Below are positions 49,773-57,443 of a stretch of DNA of 64,000 bases, in pieces (within the stretch, counting starts at the first letter, position 1; each line of letters opens with the position of its first letter). The translations under genes and the position numbers were made by a program. The notes beneath the pieces were generated by a model, which saw only the letters and a program-made list of their open reading frames with translations, ran no database searches and was not told the origin of the DNA. This DNA is from a virus (lineage: Duplodnaviria; Heunggongvirae; Uroviricota; Caudoviricetes): IMG/VR virus record IMGVR_UViG_3300037512_000782, positions 32,001-96,000 of that record, one strand, 5' to 3'.

Positions 49773-51746
49773 ATGACATTCGATGAATACATAAATCCCA
49801 AGCTAGCCGACATTGAGAAGCAGTCGATCAAGGACACGATCGCTGGGCTCAAGAGTTTGGTCGCAAATCCAGACAACGTTTCCAAGGACGAAACAAAGTT
49901 ATCGGCTGCCATCAATATCGCAAAAATTTTGATGGGCGGAAAAGGCATTAAGCGCAATGACACCGTCATACCGCCAGAGCAAATATGGACGGCGGTCAAT
50001 AATGCGCCACCAGCACAGCTAAATTTCTTGTCTAAGCCCAGAACCGAGAAAGACGCCGTAGCGGCAATGGTTAAGAAACTTCAAAAGGCCGCACCGAAGA
50101 CTGACGTACTGGCAGCAGATTCGTTGCTTGACGACAACCCGGCAGCAGTCGCCGACAATGATGCTCAGAAGGCTGAAGAAGTACAGAAAGCCGAAGAAGT
50201 ACAGAAAGCCGAGGAAGCACCGAAAGTCGAGAAAGTACAGAAAGCCGAGGAAGTACAGAAAGCCGAAGAAACACCGAAAGTCGAGAAAGTGCAGAACGCT
50301 GAGGAAGCACCGAAAGCCGAGGAAGCACCGAAAGTCGAGAAAGTGCAGAAAGCCGACTTCGATCCGTTAGGCGTGTGGGGTGCATTTGATGATCCAGACT
50401 TAAATATTGACGATGCTGCACCTTTGAGCATAAATGCAGACAATACTCCAGCAGTAAAGTCCGGGCAATTAAACGACAATTCTCAAGATAATACGCTTGT
50501 GGTTAACCAGTCGTTGCCAGCAGCAAATCAAGCGGCAGCAACTCAAACAGCAGCTCCAGCAGTGAAAACTCCAGCAGCGAAAACTCAAGCAGCGGCAATT
50601 CCAGCGGTGAAAACTCCAGCGGTGAAAACCCCAGCAGCGGCTCCAGCGGCAGCACTGCCGACCGAAGATATTCACCAGCAAAACGACGATCCGGATATCC
50701 CAGACACGGCAGACCCAAGGGACGAATTCAGCGACCTCTACGACGAAATCGACAATCTTTCGATCTCGGCAGAGCAAGCCGAAGAAGCCAAGAAGTATGC
50801 CGACCTGGTATTGACCGAGCCTAACGACTATCCTCGCGAATACGCCATATTGTCTGGCGGTGCTTCCGCAAACCGTACCAAATGTGTTAAGGCGATGCTA
50901 ATAACCGCCAACAAGCGTATAGGATATAAGGCCCCGGTGTCCAAGCGTGGAGACGACAAGCTCGACTTCCAATCTGGTGTGGTATCCCAGTCCAAGGGTC
51001 GCCCTCGTGTTGGAGCGTCCCTTGTCATGCCGTCTGGTTTCGGTTTGAAGAAAAATGCAGCCATTTGGAATACTCCGGTCATTACCGACTTCGGCTATCC
51101 ATTCCTCAACTTCAGTAGCGAAGCCATGCTCAGCGTCATAAAGTCCAAGAAAGATGACGAAGCACTCAAGAATAGCAACTTGAAGAAGATGTTTAAGGAA
51201 GCGGCCAAGCGCTATGGCGGCATCTGGAAGGCGATCTATTCATCGCCGCTGACCCTCATTCGCCAGATTGCATCCGACGTCGGCATCAAGTGTACACCTA
51301 AGTACTTGAAGGTCGATGGTTCAGACTTATTGAACTCCGACTCTGGCGAAAACGTGACGGTCATTCCGATCAAGTATTACAGTATCGACCCAGAGTTCGA
51401 AGGATTCATCAACGTACCGCGTGACTTCCTCACGACATTCTACGATGTCATCGACTACAGCAGCACATCGAAGCGCATGTACTTGAAGTACGCACAAGGA
51501 ATGTCGGAAGAAGAGTTCGCTGAAGAGATTTCGGAAAATCGTGGTGTGCCACCGTTCTACATTCTCGTGCCCAAGCAAGCGAAGTTCAGCAAGTGTCACA
51601 TTCGCGGCGGTAGCCTATTAGGTTCCCTAATGAATGTCATTTTGGGACGCAAGAAGTGTACGATGGTCAAGACAGTATTCCAAGGCAAGCGCGGATGCCT
51701 CGCCATGGAGACCGATACAGCTAACACACTATACGCCGATATCTAG
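49773..51746 (+). CDS. Hypothetical protein with internal repeats; paralog of the next gene
   Basis: KAEEVQ/KAEEAP/KVEKVQ and PAVKT repeats; C-domain DFGYP, DPEFEG, GVPPFYILVP. Confidence 0.8.
   Translation: MTFDEYINPKLADIEKQSIKDTIAGLKSLVANPDNVSKDETKLSAAINIAKILMGGKGIKRNDTVIPPEQIWTAVNNAPPAQLNFLSKPRTEKDAVAAMVKKLQKAAPKTDVLAADSLLDDNPAAVADNDAQKAEEVQKAEEVQKAEEAPKVEKVQKAEEVQKAEETPKVEKVQNAEEAPKAEEAPKVEKVQKADFDPLGVWGAFDDPDLNIDDAAPLSINADNTPAVKSGQLNDNSQDNTLVVNQSLPAANQAAATQTAAPAVKTPAAKTQAAAIPAVKTPAVKTPAAAPAAALPTEDIHQQNDDPDIPDTADPRDEFSDLYDEIDNLSISAEQAEEAKKYADLVLTEPNDYPREYAILSGGASANRTKCVKAMLITANKRIGYKAPVSKRGDDKLDFQSGVVSQSKGRPRVGASLVMPSGFGLKKNAAIWNTPVITDFGYPFLNFSSEAMLSVIKSKKDDEALKNSNLKKMFKEAAKRYGGIWKAIYSSPLTLIRQIASDVGIKCTPKYLKVDGSDLLNSDSGENVTVIPIKYYSIDPEFEGFINVPRDFLTTFYDVIDYSSTSKRMYLKYAQGMSEEEFAEEISENRGVPPFYILVPKQAKFSKCHIRGGSLLGSLMNVILGRKKCTMVKTVFQGKRGCLAMETDTANTLYADI
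50167..50356 (+). repeat. Coding tandem repeat, 18-bp unit, about 10 copies
   Basis: Variants of CAGAAAGCCGAGGAAGTA / CCGAAAGTCGAGAAAGTG. Confidence 0.85.
50556..50652 (+). repeat. Degenerate coding repeat (CCAGCRGTGAAAACT; PAVKT)
   Basis: Several 15-bp units. Confidence 0.65.
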
Positions 51747-51750
51747 CCAT

Positions 51751-51766
51751 TGTTTCACGTGAAACA
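51751..51766. promoter_or_regulatory. parS: parS centromere-like site (ParB/Spo0J binding)
   Basis: Perfect 16-bp palindrome TGTTTCACGTGAAACA, identical to the canonical bacterial chromosomal parS consensus; intergenic. Confidence 0.85.
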
Positions 51767-51767
51767 T

Positions 51768-51796
51768 CAAAAATCCGTCTTTAGAGGCGGATTTTT
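51768..51796 (+). terminator. Intrinsic terminator
   Basis: AAAAATCCGTCT-TTAG-AGGCGGATTTTT. Confidence 0.75.
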
Positions 51797-51807
51797 CGTA
51801 TTTAATT

Positions 51808-51815
51808 GATAAACT
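51808..51815 (+). promoter_or_regulatory. Putative late promoter GATAAACT
   Basis: 26 nt before the ATG at 51842. Confidence 0.6.
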
Positions 51816-51841
51816 AACCATAGATTAAATTCGAGTTTCTG

Positions 51842-53416
51842 ATGGCCACCAACGAAAAGAATCTTCTTGAAAGTGAAAACGATGATAAGGCAATCGCCGC
51901 AATCGACCACACCTTGGATATGTGGGTCAAAGATGACGCGCAAAAAGCCAAAATAAAAGAAGCAATCATGTCTTCGTTCAAAGCTGACGCCAGCAACTAC
52001 GATAAGTTCACCGAGGATCCAGTTAACTATACTCGCGCATACATCGAAAAAGCTACAGAAGCTCCAGCGGAACCAGTACCGACCGATGTAATTTCGCCGA
52101 AAGAATCCGACGAAACACCAGCCGATGATGATAATGGCGAACCAGAAACACCAGAGGAAGAAGATGAAATCAAGGAGACAGCGCTTGATAATCTCGCCAA
52201 GATCTATCCGGTAATTGCCAAGGAATACAAGCTCCGCTTCCGTAACAACGGCGAGGATGCTGAAAAGCTCGCCGAATACACTCTCAAGATTGTCGAAGGC
52301 AGGGGCACTAACGCCGCCAAGTGGAAGCAGTACCTCGACGAAAAGTGCAACAAGGGCACCAACAAGGCGATGATCCAGAATAAGGTCATTCCAACGCTCG
52401 TGAAGGCTTACAATGCCAAGGGTAAGGACGAGATCGAACTTACACGCCAAGTCAACGACGAGCAAACCGCTGGTCTCAAAGACCGCAACGGAAATGACGC
52501 TGGCCATATAATCGTACCGGAAGGTTTCAACCAGCCGCCTATCGAACTTGGTGACCAAGTGGTCACTATGGACTTCGGCTATCCGGCGATCAACTTCAAC
52601 AGCACCTTGATCAAGGAAATCGTTGGCGAGACCGACAAGCCGCGCCTCAAGAAGCTCCTCATAGCTCTCATGAACCGTATCGACGGTTCGCCAGCTGGCA
52701 AGGCATTGATCAAGAACTTCATCTTCAGCTTCTCACTCACCAAGACCACCAATGGCGTTAAGCGTTCCGAAATGTACAAGCTCATCAAGGAAGCCGCATC
52801 AGCACAGGGTATTCCGATGCTCCGTCGTCCGTTGAAGGTAGAAAGCGAACAGCTCGTTGGAAAATCCGAAGCCGACACGATTAAAGTTCAGCCGTTGAAC
52901 GCAGTCGCCAATCCGAAGAACGAATCTCTCGACTTCCTCGAATACGATCCGTTGTTCGAAGGCTGGTTCTCAGAAAAGGTTCTCGGTCGGAGCAAGGACG
53001 AGAATGAACAGCATGTATACGGCAAGCCAGTCGAACTACCATCGGCCTACGTCAAGCAGTTCTACACCGTCTTGGTTCCGAGTGGCCCGACTGGTCTGCA
53101 CTACTACGCTCGCTACATGACAGATAGTGAACGAAACGCCATCTACAAAAAGCTCGGCGACAATTCCGAAGACGAAATCAAGACCGGAAACCGCAACGTG
53201 AACGACATGATTCTCAAGCGCTACCTCGATGAAACGAATGGCGTTCCGCCGTTCTATCTCCTCATGCCGCGCACCAAGCCAACCAAGGAACGTCTCCGCG
53301 TCTGCGACGACACTGTCGTAAACGGAAAGGTATGTATCAAGTCGATCGAAGGCAAGAACAAGGATGCATACTTCATGGACAAGGACAAGATCGACTCCGT
53401 ATTCGAAGCTGGTTAA
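51842..53416 (+). CDS. Hypothetical protein, paralog of 49773..51746
   Basis: DFGYPAINF, YDPLFEG, FYTVL, GVPPFYLLMP; N-terminal NLLES. Confidence 0.8.
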   Translation: MATNEKNLLESENDDKAIAAIDHTLDMWVKDDAQKAKIKEAIMSSFKADASNYDKFTEDPVNYTRAYIEKATEAPAEPVPTDVISPKESDETPADDDNGEPETPEEEDEIKETALDNLAKIYPVIAKEYKLRFRNNGEDAEKLAEYTLKIVEGRGTNAAKWKQYLDEKCNKGTNKAMIQNKVIPTLVKAYNAKGKDEIELTRQVNDEQTAGLKDRNGNDAGHIIVPEGFNQPPIELGDQVVTMDFGYPAINFNSTLIKEIVGETDKPRLKKLLIALMNRIDGSPAGKALIKNFIFSFSLTKTTNGVKRSEMYKLIKEAASAQGIPMLRRPLKVESEQLVGKSEADTIKVQPLNAVANPKNESLDFLEYDPLFEGWFSEKVLGRSKDENEQHVYGKPVELPSAYVKQFYTVLVPSGPTGLHYYARYMTDSERNAIYKKLGDNSEDEIKTGNRNVNDMILKRYLDETNGVPPFYLLMPRTKPTKERLRVCDDTVVNGKVCIKSIEGKNKDAYFMDKDKIDSVFEAG

Positions 53417-53419
53417 TTT

Positions 53420-54397
53420 ATGGATAAGAATGTACTCTTGAACTGCCTTTCAACTGGAAAGGCCCTAATCGAATCGAACGCAGCCTTCTTTGCGAAGAAG
53501 ACGGACAAGAAGCGATTCGAACAAGGTAAGAAGCTGACAAGACAGTTCGTCGGTGTATCACGCGCACCAGATGGCAATGCCGTTATCGAATTCCAGGTTC
53601 CTTCTCGTAGCGAACCCGGTGTCATGCGTCATTGCTTTATCGACGTGATACCCAAAGATACAAACTTGTTCACACTAGCCCAGACTACGAAGAGGCTCGC
53701 TGACCGCGTGAATGTCTTGAAGAACGCTGACGTGCGTTGCTTCTGTTCGTGTCCAGACTTCAACTGGAACGGCATGAAGTACATGATGAAGCACAAGTAC
53801 GACAGCATGTCTTCAGACCACCACGCCGACAACGATCACGACGACCACGGTGAAGATATTGCACCTAAAGTAAGAAAGCCAGCACTTTGTTCGCACTTGG
53901 TCGCTGCACTCGGCGGTATCTTGACCAACGCCTCCGTAATCATGAAGCAAGTTCGTACGGCTCCGCCAATCGAAGAGCAGCCGCAAGAAGAACCGCAGCC
54001 TACCGAAGAACATCCGATCGTAGGTAAGGCCGACTCCGAAGAACAATCGAACAACGTAGCCGAAGAACACGAACAAGCTCGTAACGAAGCTAACGAAATG
54101 TTCACTACTGACGGCGGCACCATCAAGACCGAGGAAACACAGAAGGCGCTCGACGCGCTTGCAGACAACATCGAGCCGACCGCCGAAGGCGAGACTGACG
54201 ATGAAGTTCCAGAAGTTCTCGACGACCCAGGACTAGGTCTTGTAGGAAAAGCCGACTCCGAAGAAAAAGCAAACAAACTCGTCGACTATGACGAGCTTGC
54301 AGCAAATCCTATGTTCGATGTCCCAGTAGATGACGAGGAAGAAGAAATCAGTGTCGATGACGAAGATGTCATCACCGAACCAATGAAACTCCCTTAA
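53420..54397 (+). CDS. SWIM-type zinc-finger protein with acidic tail
   Basis: VRCFCSCPDF...LCSHLVAAL (CxC...CxH). Confidence 0.7.
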   Translation: MDKNVLLNCLSTGKALIESNAAFFAKKTDKKRFEQGKKLTRQFVGVSRAPDGNAVIEFQVPSRSEPGVMRHCFIDVIPKDTNLFTLAQTTKRLADRVNVLKNADVRCFCSCPDFNWNGMKYMMKHKYDSMSSDHHADNDHDDHGEDIAPKVRKPALCSHLVAALGGILTNASVIMKQVRTAPPIEEQPQEEPQPTEEHPIVGKADSEEQSNNVAEEHEQARNEANEMFTTDGGTIKTEETQKALDALADNIEPTAEGETDDEVPEVLDDPGLGLVGKADSEEKANKLVDYDELAANPMFDVPVDDEEEEISVDDEDVITEPMKLP

Positions 54398-54894
54398 TTA
54401 GACCAGATAGGTTCAAGCGTCGCGACAGAAATCTGATCGGACGTGTTATTCCATTTGTAGTTGTTGCCGACAACGATCATCAGTATATCGTGCAACACGG
54501 ATCTCACCAGACCGTTCTTGACCGTCTGTAAAACAGTGTTGATGTACATCTTGTCACACTCTTCACGACTGTAGTCATTGAACCCGGTCTCCTCGTACAA
54601 CGCGGCAAGCGCAAGAGTTACGCACGGATCCAACTTTATTCCGATCAGTCCCAGCAGATAGATAACAAACTTCGGCAGAGGATGCTTCGCGGCAAAGCCT
54701 TTCTTGATGGTAAGGCGACTGCGCACACTGGTAAAATCCATGCTCGTCATTTCCTCAATGTCATCATCGACGTCGCCGTTCAAGATAACAATGTCGGCTA
54801 CAAGTTTGTCCTTCAACTTGCACACGCCATCTTTTTCGACGGCGGCATGCTTGTACTTGTCTGGAATAATAATGGTACGGATATACTGTGACAT
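54394..54894 (-). CDS. Hypothetical protein (weak DUF1353-like pattern)
   Basis: LTIKKGF...ALYE...SREECDKMY. Confidence 0.55.
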   Translation of the reverse strand: MSQYIRTIIIPDKYKHAAVEKDGVCKLKDKLVADIVILNGDVDDDIEEMTSMDFTSVRSRLTIKKGFAAKHPLPKFVIYLLGLIGIKLDPCVTLALAALYEETGFNDYSREECDKMYINTVLQTVKNGLVRSVLHDILMIVVGNNYKWNNTSDQISVATLEPIWSN

Positions 54895-54938
54895 AAGCGT
54901 TACACCTAGTTACTGATGAAATTAGTTCATTTCATAGT

Positions 54939-56573
54939 TTAGGCGGCGTTGAAGTCAACTGGCTGGCACTGACGGCTTTCCATTTCGTCGATGAACAACT
55001 GATCCGGACGTTCCGGCAAGGTAGCCTCGTACTCGTATTCGTACTCGATATCGGTGTGTGTAGGAATGTCTTGGTTGAGAAGTTCCTCATCCATGATGCA
55101 GCGAACATGATCGGCATACTGCTCCGGCACGATAATGGAGTCATGCACCGTGCAGAAATGGCAACCGACTTCCTCGATGATACGAGGGCAGACTTGATCG
55201 AACACGAAGCTGCTCTCGATTTTCTGCATTTCATAAGCCAACGCGGCATGGCAATGTTCCTTCAGCGACCACATGCAGTTGTAGAGGTTGGGGAAGTGTT
55301 CACGCCAGCAACGCTGAACCGCACCACGGATCGGCTCACGCTTGGTATCGAAGTACAGCGGAGAGAACAAGAAGGAAAGCAATCCCTTCTTTGCTTCGTC
55401 ACGAGTCAGCTGCCTACCGATATCTTCGTCGGCACTGCATTCGCTCTGGAAGAATTCGTATATCTTGCCTTCCGCCACCAAGTTACGGTAACGGTCGAGC
55501 TCGGCTTCCATGCGGCCAAGGACGAGATCCTTGCGGCCAGCATTCCAGATCGGCTTGAAACGGAGGAACGTATCGCGGTTCTCGGTGAGGTCATTGCGAT
55601 AGAAGTCGATATAACGACGGAACACGGCAATGATGAAGGCCGCTTGAGAAGACTTGATATCGACTTCGGCAACCTTGTCTCCATCGCAGCGCAATGCGGC
55701 ATGACGGATTTCCTTCTTCATGTTCGTCACGTTCGTATGGATACGGCCATACTTGTCGTGCTTCACATAAAGGTCTCCGTCTTCGTCAAGGAGGCCGTTG
55801 AAGCGCTCGATCTTGCAACGTTCAAGGTCGGCATTGTACGGAGCCATCTTGCCGTTCTCGACCATTTCATTCAAGGTAGCATCAGCCACATTCGCATCAA
55901 TGGAGAAGTGGCTCAGCTCGTCATAGCAAATCGCCACTACTGGATCTTCCATAGATACGCGCTTGCGTTCCTCGAAGGACTTCTGGATACGCTTCAAGAC
56001 TACCGGAGAAGTGATCGTGTACTTGGACATCGTGCCGCGCACAACGACTTCGGTATTCTTGAGCTTCTTGTCGAGTCTGGTCTGCAGATAGGTAGCGTAG
56101 CTGTTCTGGTACGGAGCGCAAAGCCAGAAAGCCTTGCACTTTCCCTTACGGCTGGAGTCACCCTTGATGTAGCTCTGAGAACGGCCAATGAAGCCATTCT
56201 CGACCAAGGTGTTGATGGCAGTGATGTAGCCGTCACCGAGGAACTTGTGGAGCAAGGCAGCAGAAAGGTGGGTCTTCCAATACTTACGAGGAATCTTGGG
56301 CTGCACAACCATATTGGTCATGAGGTCACTACGGAGATGGCTCGTAACCATGTAAAGGACGAGTGCCATCGTATCAAGTAAAGTCTTGTTTACAGGAGAA
56401 TGTCCGTTCTTTGTCGTAAAATCGTGACAAAATGACACAAAACCCTTGTAGAGCATAGACGGCAGTTCAATCTTGAACTCAGTCTTAGGCTTACGACGCT
56501 TGGTCTTCTTGGTTCGGTTAAGGGTTTCGTCAATCACGTCCATAAAGTTAACAAAACTTCCCAAGTCCGGCAA
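54939..56573 (-). CDS. PolA / T7-RNAP superfamily polymerase-domain protein (TV-Pol-like), putative replication protein
   Basis: DKYGRIHT, motif A EVDIKSSQ, motif B RDEAKKGLLSFLF, YEMQKIES, motif C TVHDSII; no exonuclease domain; start either TTG 56573 or ATG 56543. Confidence 0.75.
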   Translation of the reverse strand: MPDLGSFVNFMDVIDETLNRTKKTKRRKPKTEFKIELPSMLYKGFVSFCHDFTTKNGHSPVNKTLLDTMALVLYMVTSHLRSDLMTNMVVQPKIPRKYWKTHLSAALLHKFLGDGYITAINTLVENGFIGRSQSYIKGDSSRKGKCKAFWLCAPYQNSYATYLQTRLDKKLKNTEVVVRGTMSKYTITSPVVLKRIQKSFEERKRVSMEDPVVAICYDELSHFSIDANVADATLNEMVENGKMAPYNADLERCKIERFNGLLDEDGDLYVKHDKYGRIHTNVTNMKKEIRHAALRCDGDKVAEVDIKSSQAAFIIAVFRRYIDFYRNDLTENRDTFLRFKPIWNAGRKDLVLGRMEAELDRYRNLVAEGKIYEFFQSECSADEDIGRQLTRDEAKKGLLSFLFSPLYFDTKREPIRGAVQRCWREHFPNLYNCMWSLKEHCHAALAYEMQKIESSFVFDQVCPRIIEEVGCHFCTVHDSIIVPEQYADHVRCIMDEELLNQDIPTHTDIEYEYEYEATLPERPDQLFIDEMESRQCQPVDFNAA

Positions 56574-56633
56574 GTCTCCATTGCAGGATATTGGAGTAAA
56601 TCAGACCAGCGGTGCTAGTCCGGTTTACTGCCG
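56568..56633 (-). promoter_or_regulatory. Structured RNA leader (three-way junction) upstream of the TV-Pol-like gene
   Basis: CGGCAG/UUGCCG closing stem enclosing the GUAAACCGGACUAGC/GCUGGUCUGAUUUAC and CUCCA/UGGAG hairpins. Confidence 0.55.
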
Positions 56634-56661
56634 AGTTTATCGTTCAGTTATACGGAGTACA

Positions 56662-56690
56662 AAGGTAGACTAAACGAGTTTGAATTTCAA
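56662..56690 (-). promoter_or_regulatory. Early/middle promoter TTGAAA-17-TACCTT
   Basis: TTGAAATTCAAA element. Confidence 0.65.
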
Positions 56691-56736
56691 GTTCGACCAT
56701 CAGTCCTTGTCTCACCCGGCACCACCGACCATGTTA

Positions 56737-56883
56737 ATGTTTCGAAATCAATAAGTCTGAGTATATGGTTTAGTTTACATAATATACTCAGAAAAGGGGT
56801 CGAAAGTAAGGTATAAAAGTTCAACGAAGCAGCCAGAGTGCTGCAGTCTTGCCCTACGGACGCCCCATATAGATGTTTCGAAA
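56737..56883. other. Candidate replication origin / operator region
   Basis: 11-bp perfect inverted repeat TCTGAGTATAT (56756-56766) / ATATACTCAGA (56782-56792); direct repeat ATGTTTCGAAA (56737-56747, 56873-56883); lies between divergent promoters. Confidence 0.4.
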
Positions 56884-56902
56884 AATGACTATTTAGGCTA
56901 AT

Positions 56903-56931
56903 TTGCAATTCAAATTGATAATGGCTATCTT
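56903..56931 (+). promoter_or_regulatory. Early/middle promoter TTGCAA-17-TATCTT
   Basis: TTGCAATTCAAA element; ATG 8 nt after the -10 box (nearly leaderless). Confidence 0.7.
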
Positions 56932-56939
56932 GTTCCATT

Positions 56940-57443
56940 ATGGCTTACACATCTTGTATAACAATCGAGTTACTATCAATGTTCCGCTGGAAGGAGACTG
57001 GGTGGAAGGCACCCGTGTCCTTGGTATCGCCGGATGTGACCATCCGTCTTGCAGCGCACGAGTCTTGCTCCAATAACAACTGGAAGCTTGACTTGGACGT
57101 GGAAAGTGTCGAGAACCATAATGAATGGGCCGACCCGTCCTTGCAAGACAAGATTGTTGCCGCCGTCATGAAGCGTTGCCAGCACGACGTCAAGGTCGTC
57201 CGCATCTTTGGCGCTTCGCTTCGCAATACCTACATCAACGGTATGAAGCGTTCGAACATGTTCTTTCCGACCGACTTCCGTGTGAATTTCAACTACAAGT
57301 ACAGATTCATCGTCGCGTTGGAAGGCGAGACCTACGAAAAGCTTGACGGTATTTACTTGGTTCCGTCCTACATCCCGGCACCGCGAGATGGCTTTGACGC
57401 CGAGCAGTTCTACAAGTTGTGCTGTTACGAGAGATTTGAATAA
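56940..57443 (+). CDS. Hypothetical protein
   Basis: 167 aa, TAATG-coupled to uvsW. Confidence 0.7.
   Translation: MAYTSCITIELLSMFRWKETGWKAPVSLVSPDVTIRLAAHESCSNNNWKLDLDVESVENHNEWADPSLQDKIVAAVMKRCQHDVKVVRIFGASLRNTYINGMKRSNMFFPTDFRVNFNYKYRFIVALEGETYEKLDGIYLVPSYIPAPRDGFDAEQFYKLCCYERFE

Noticed and set aside
50167-50356. Repeat array considered as CRISPR or DGR
   Set aside because: In-frame 18-bp coding repeats without unique spacers; no cas or reverse transcriptase gene seen.
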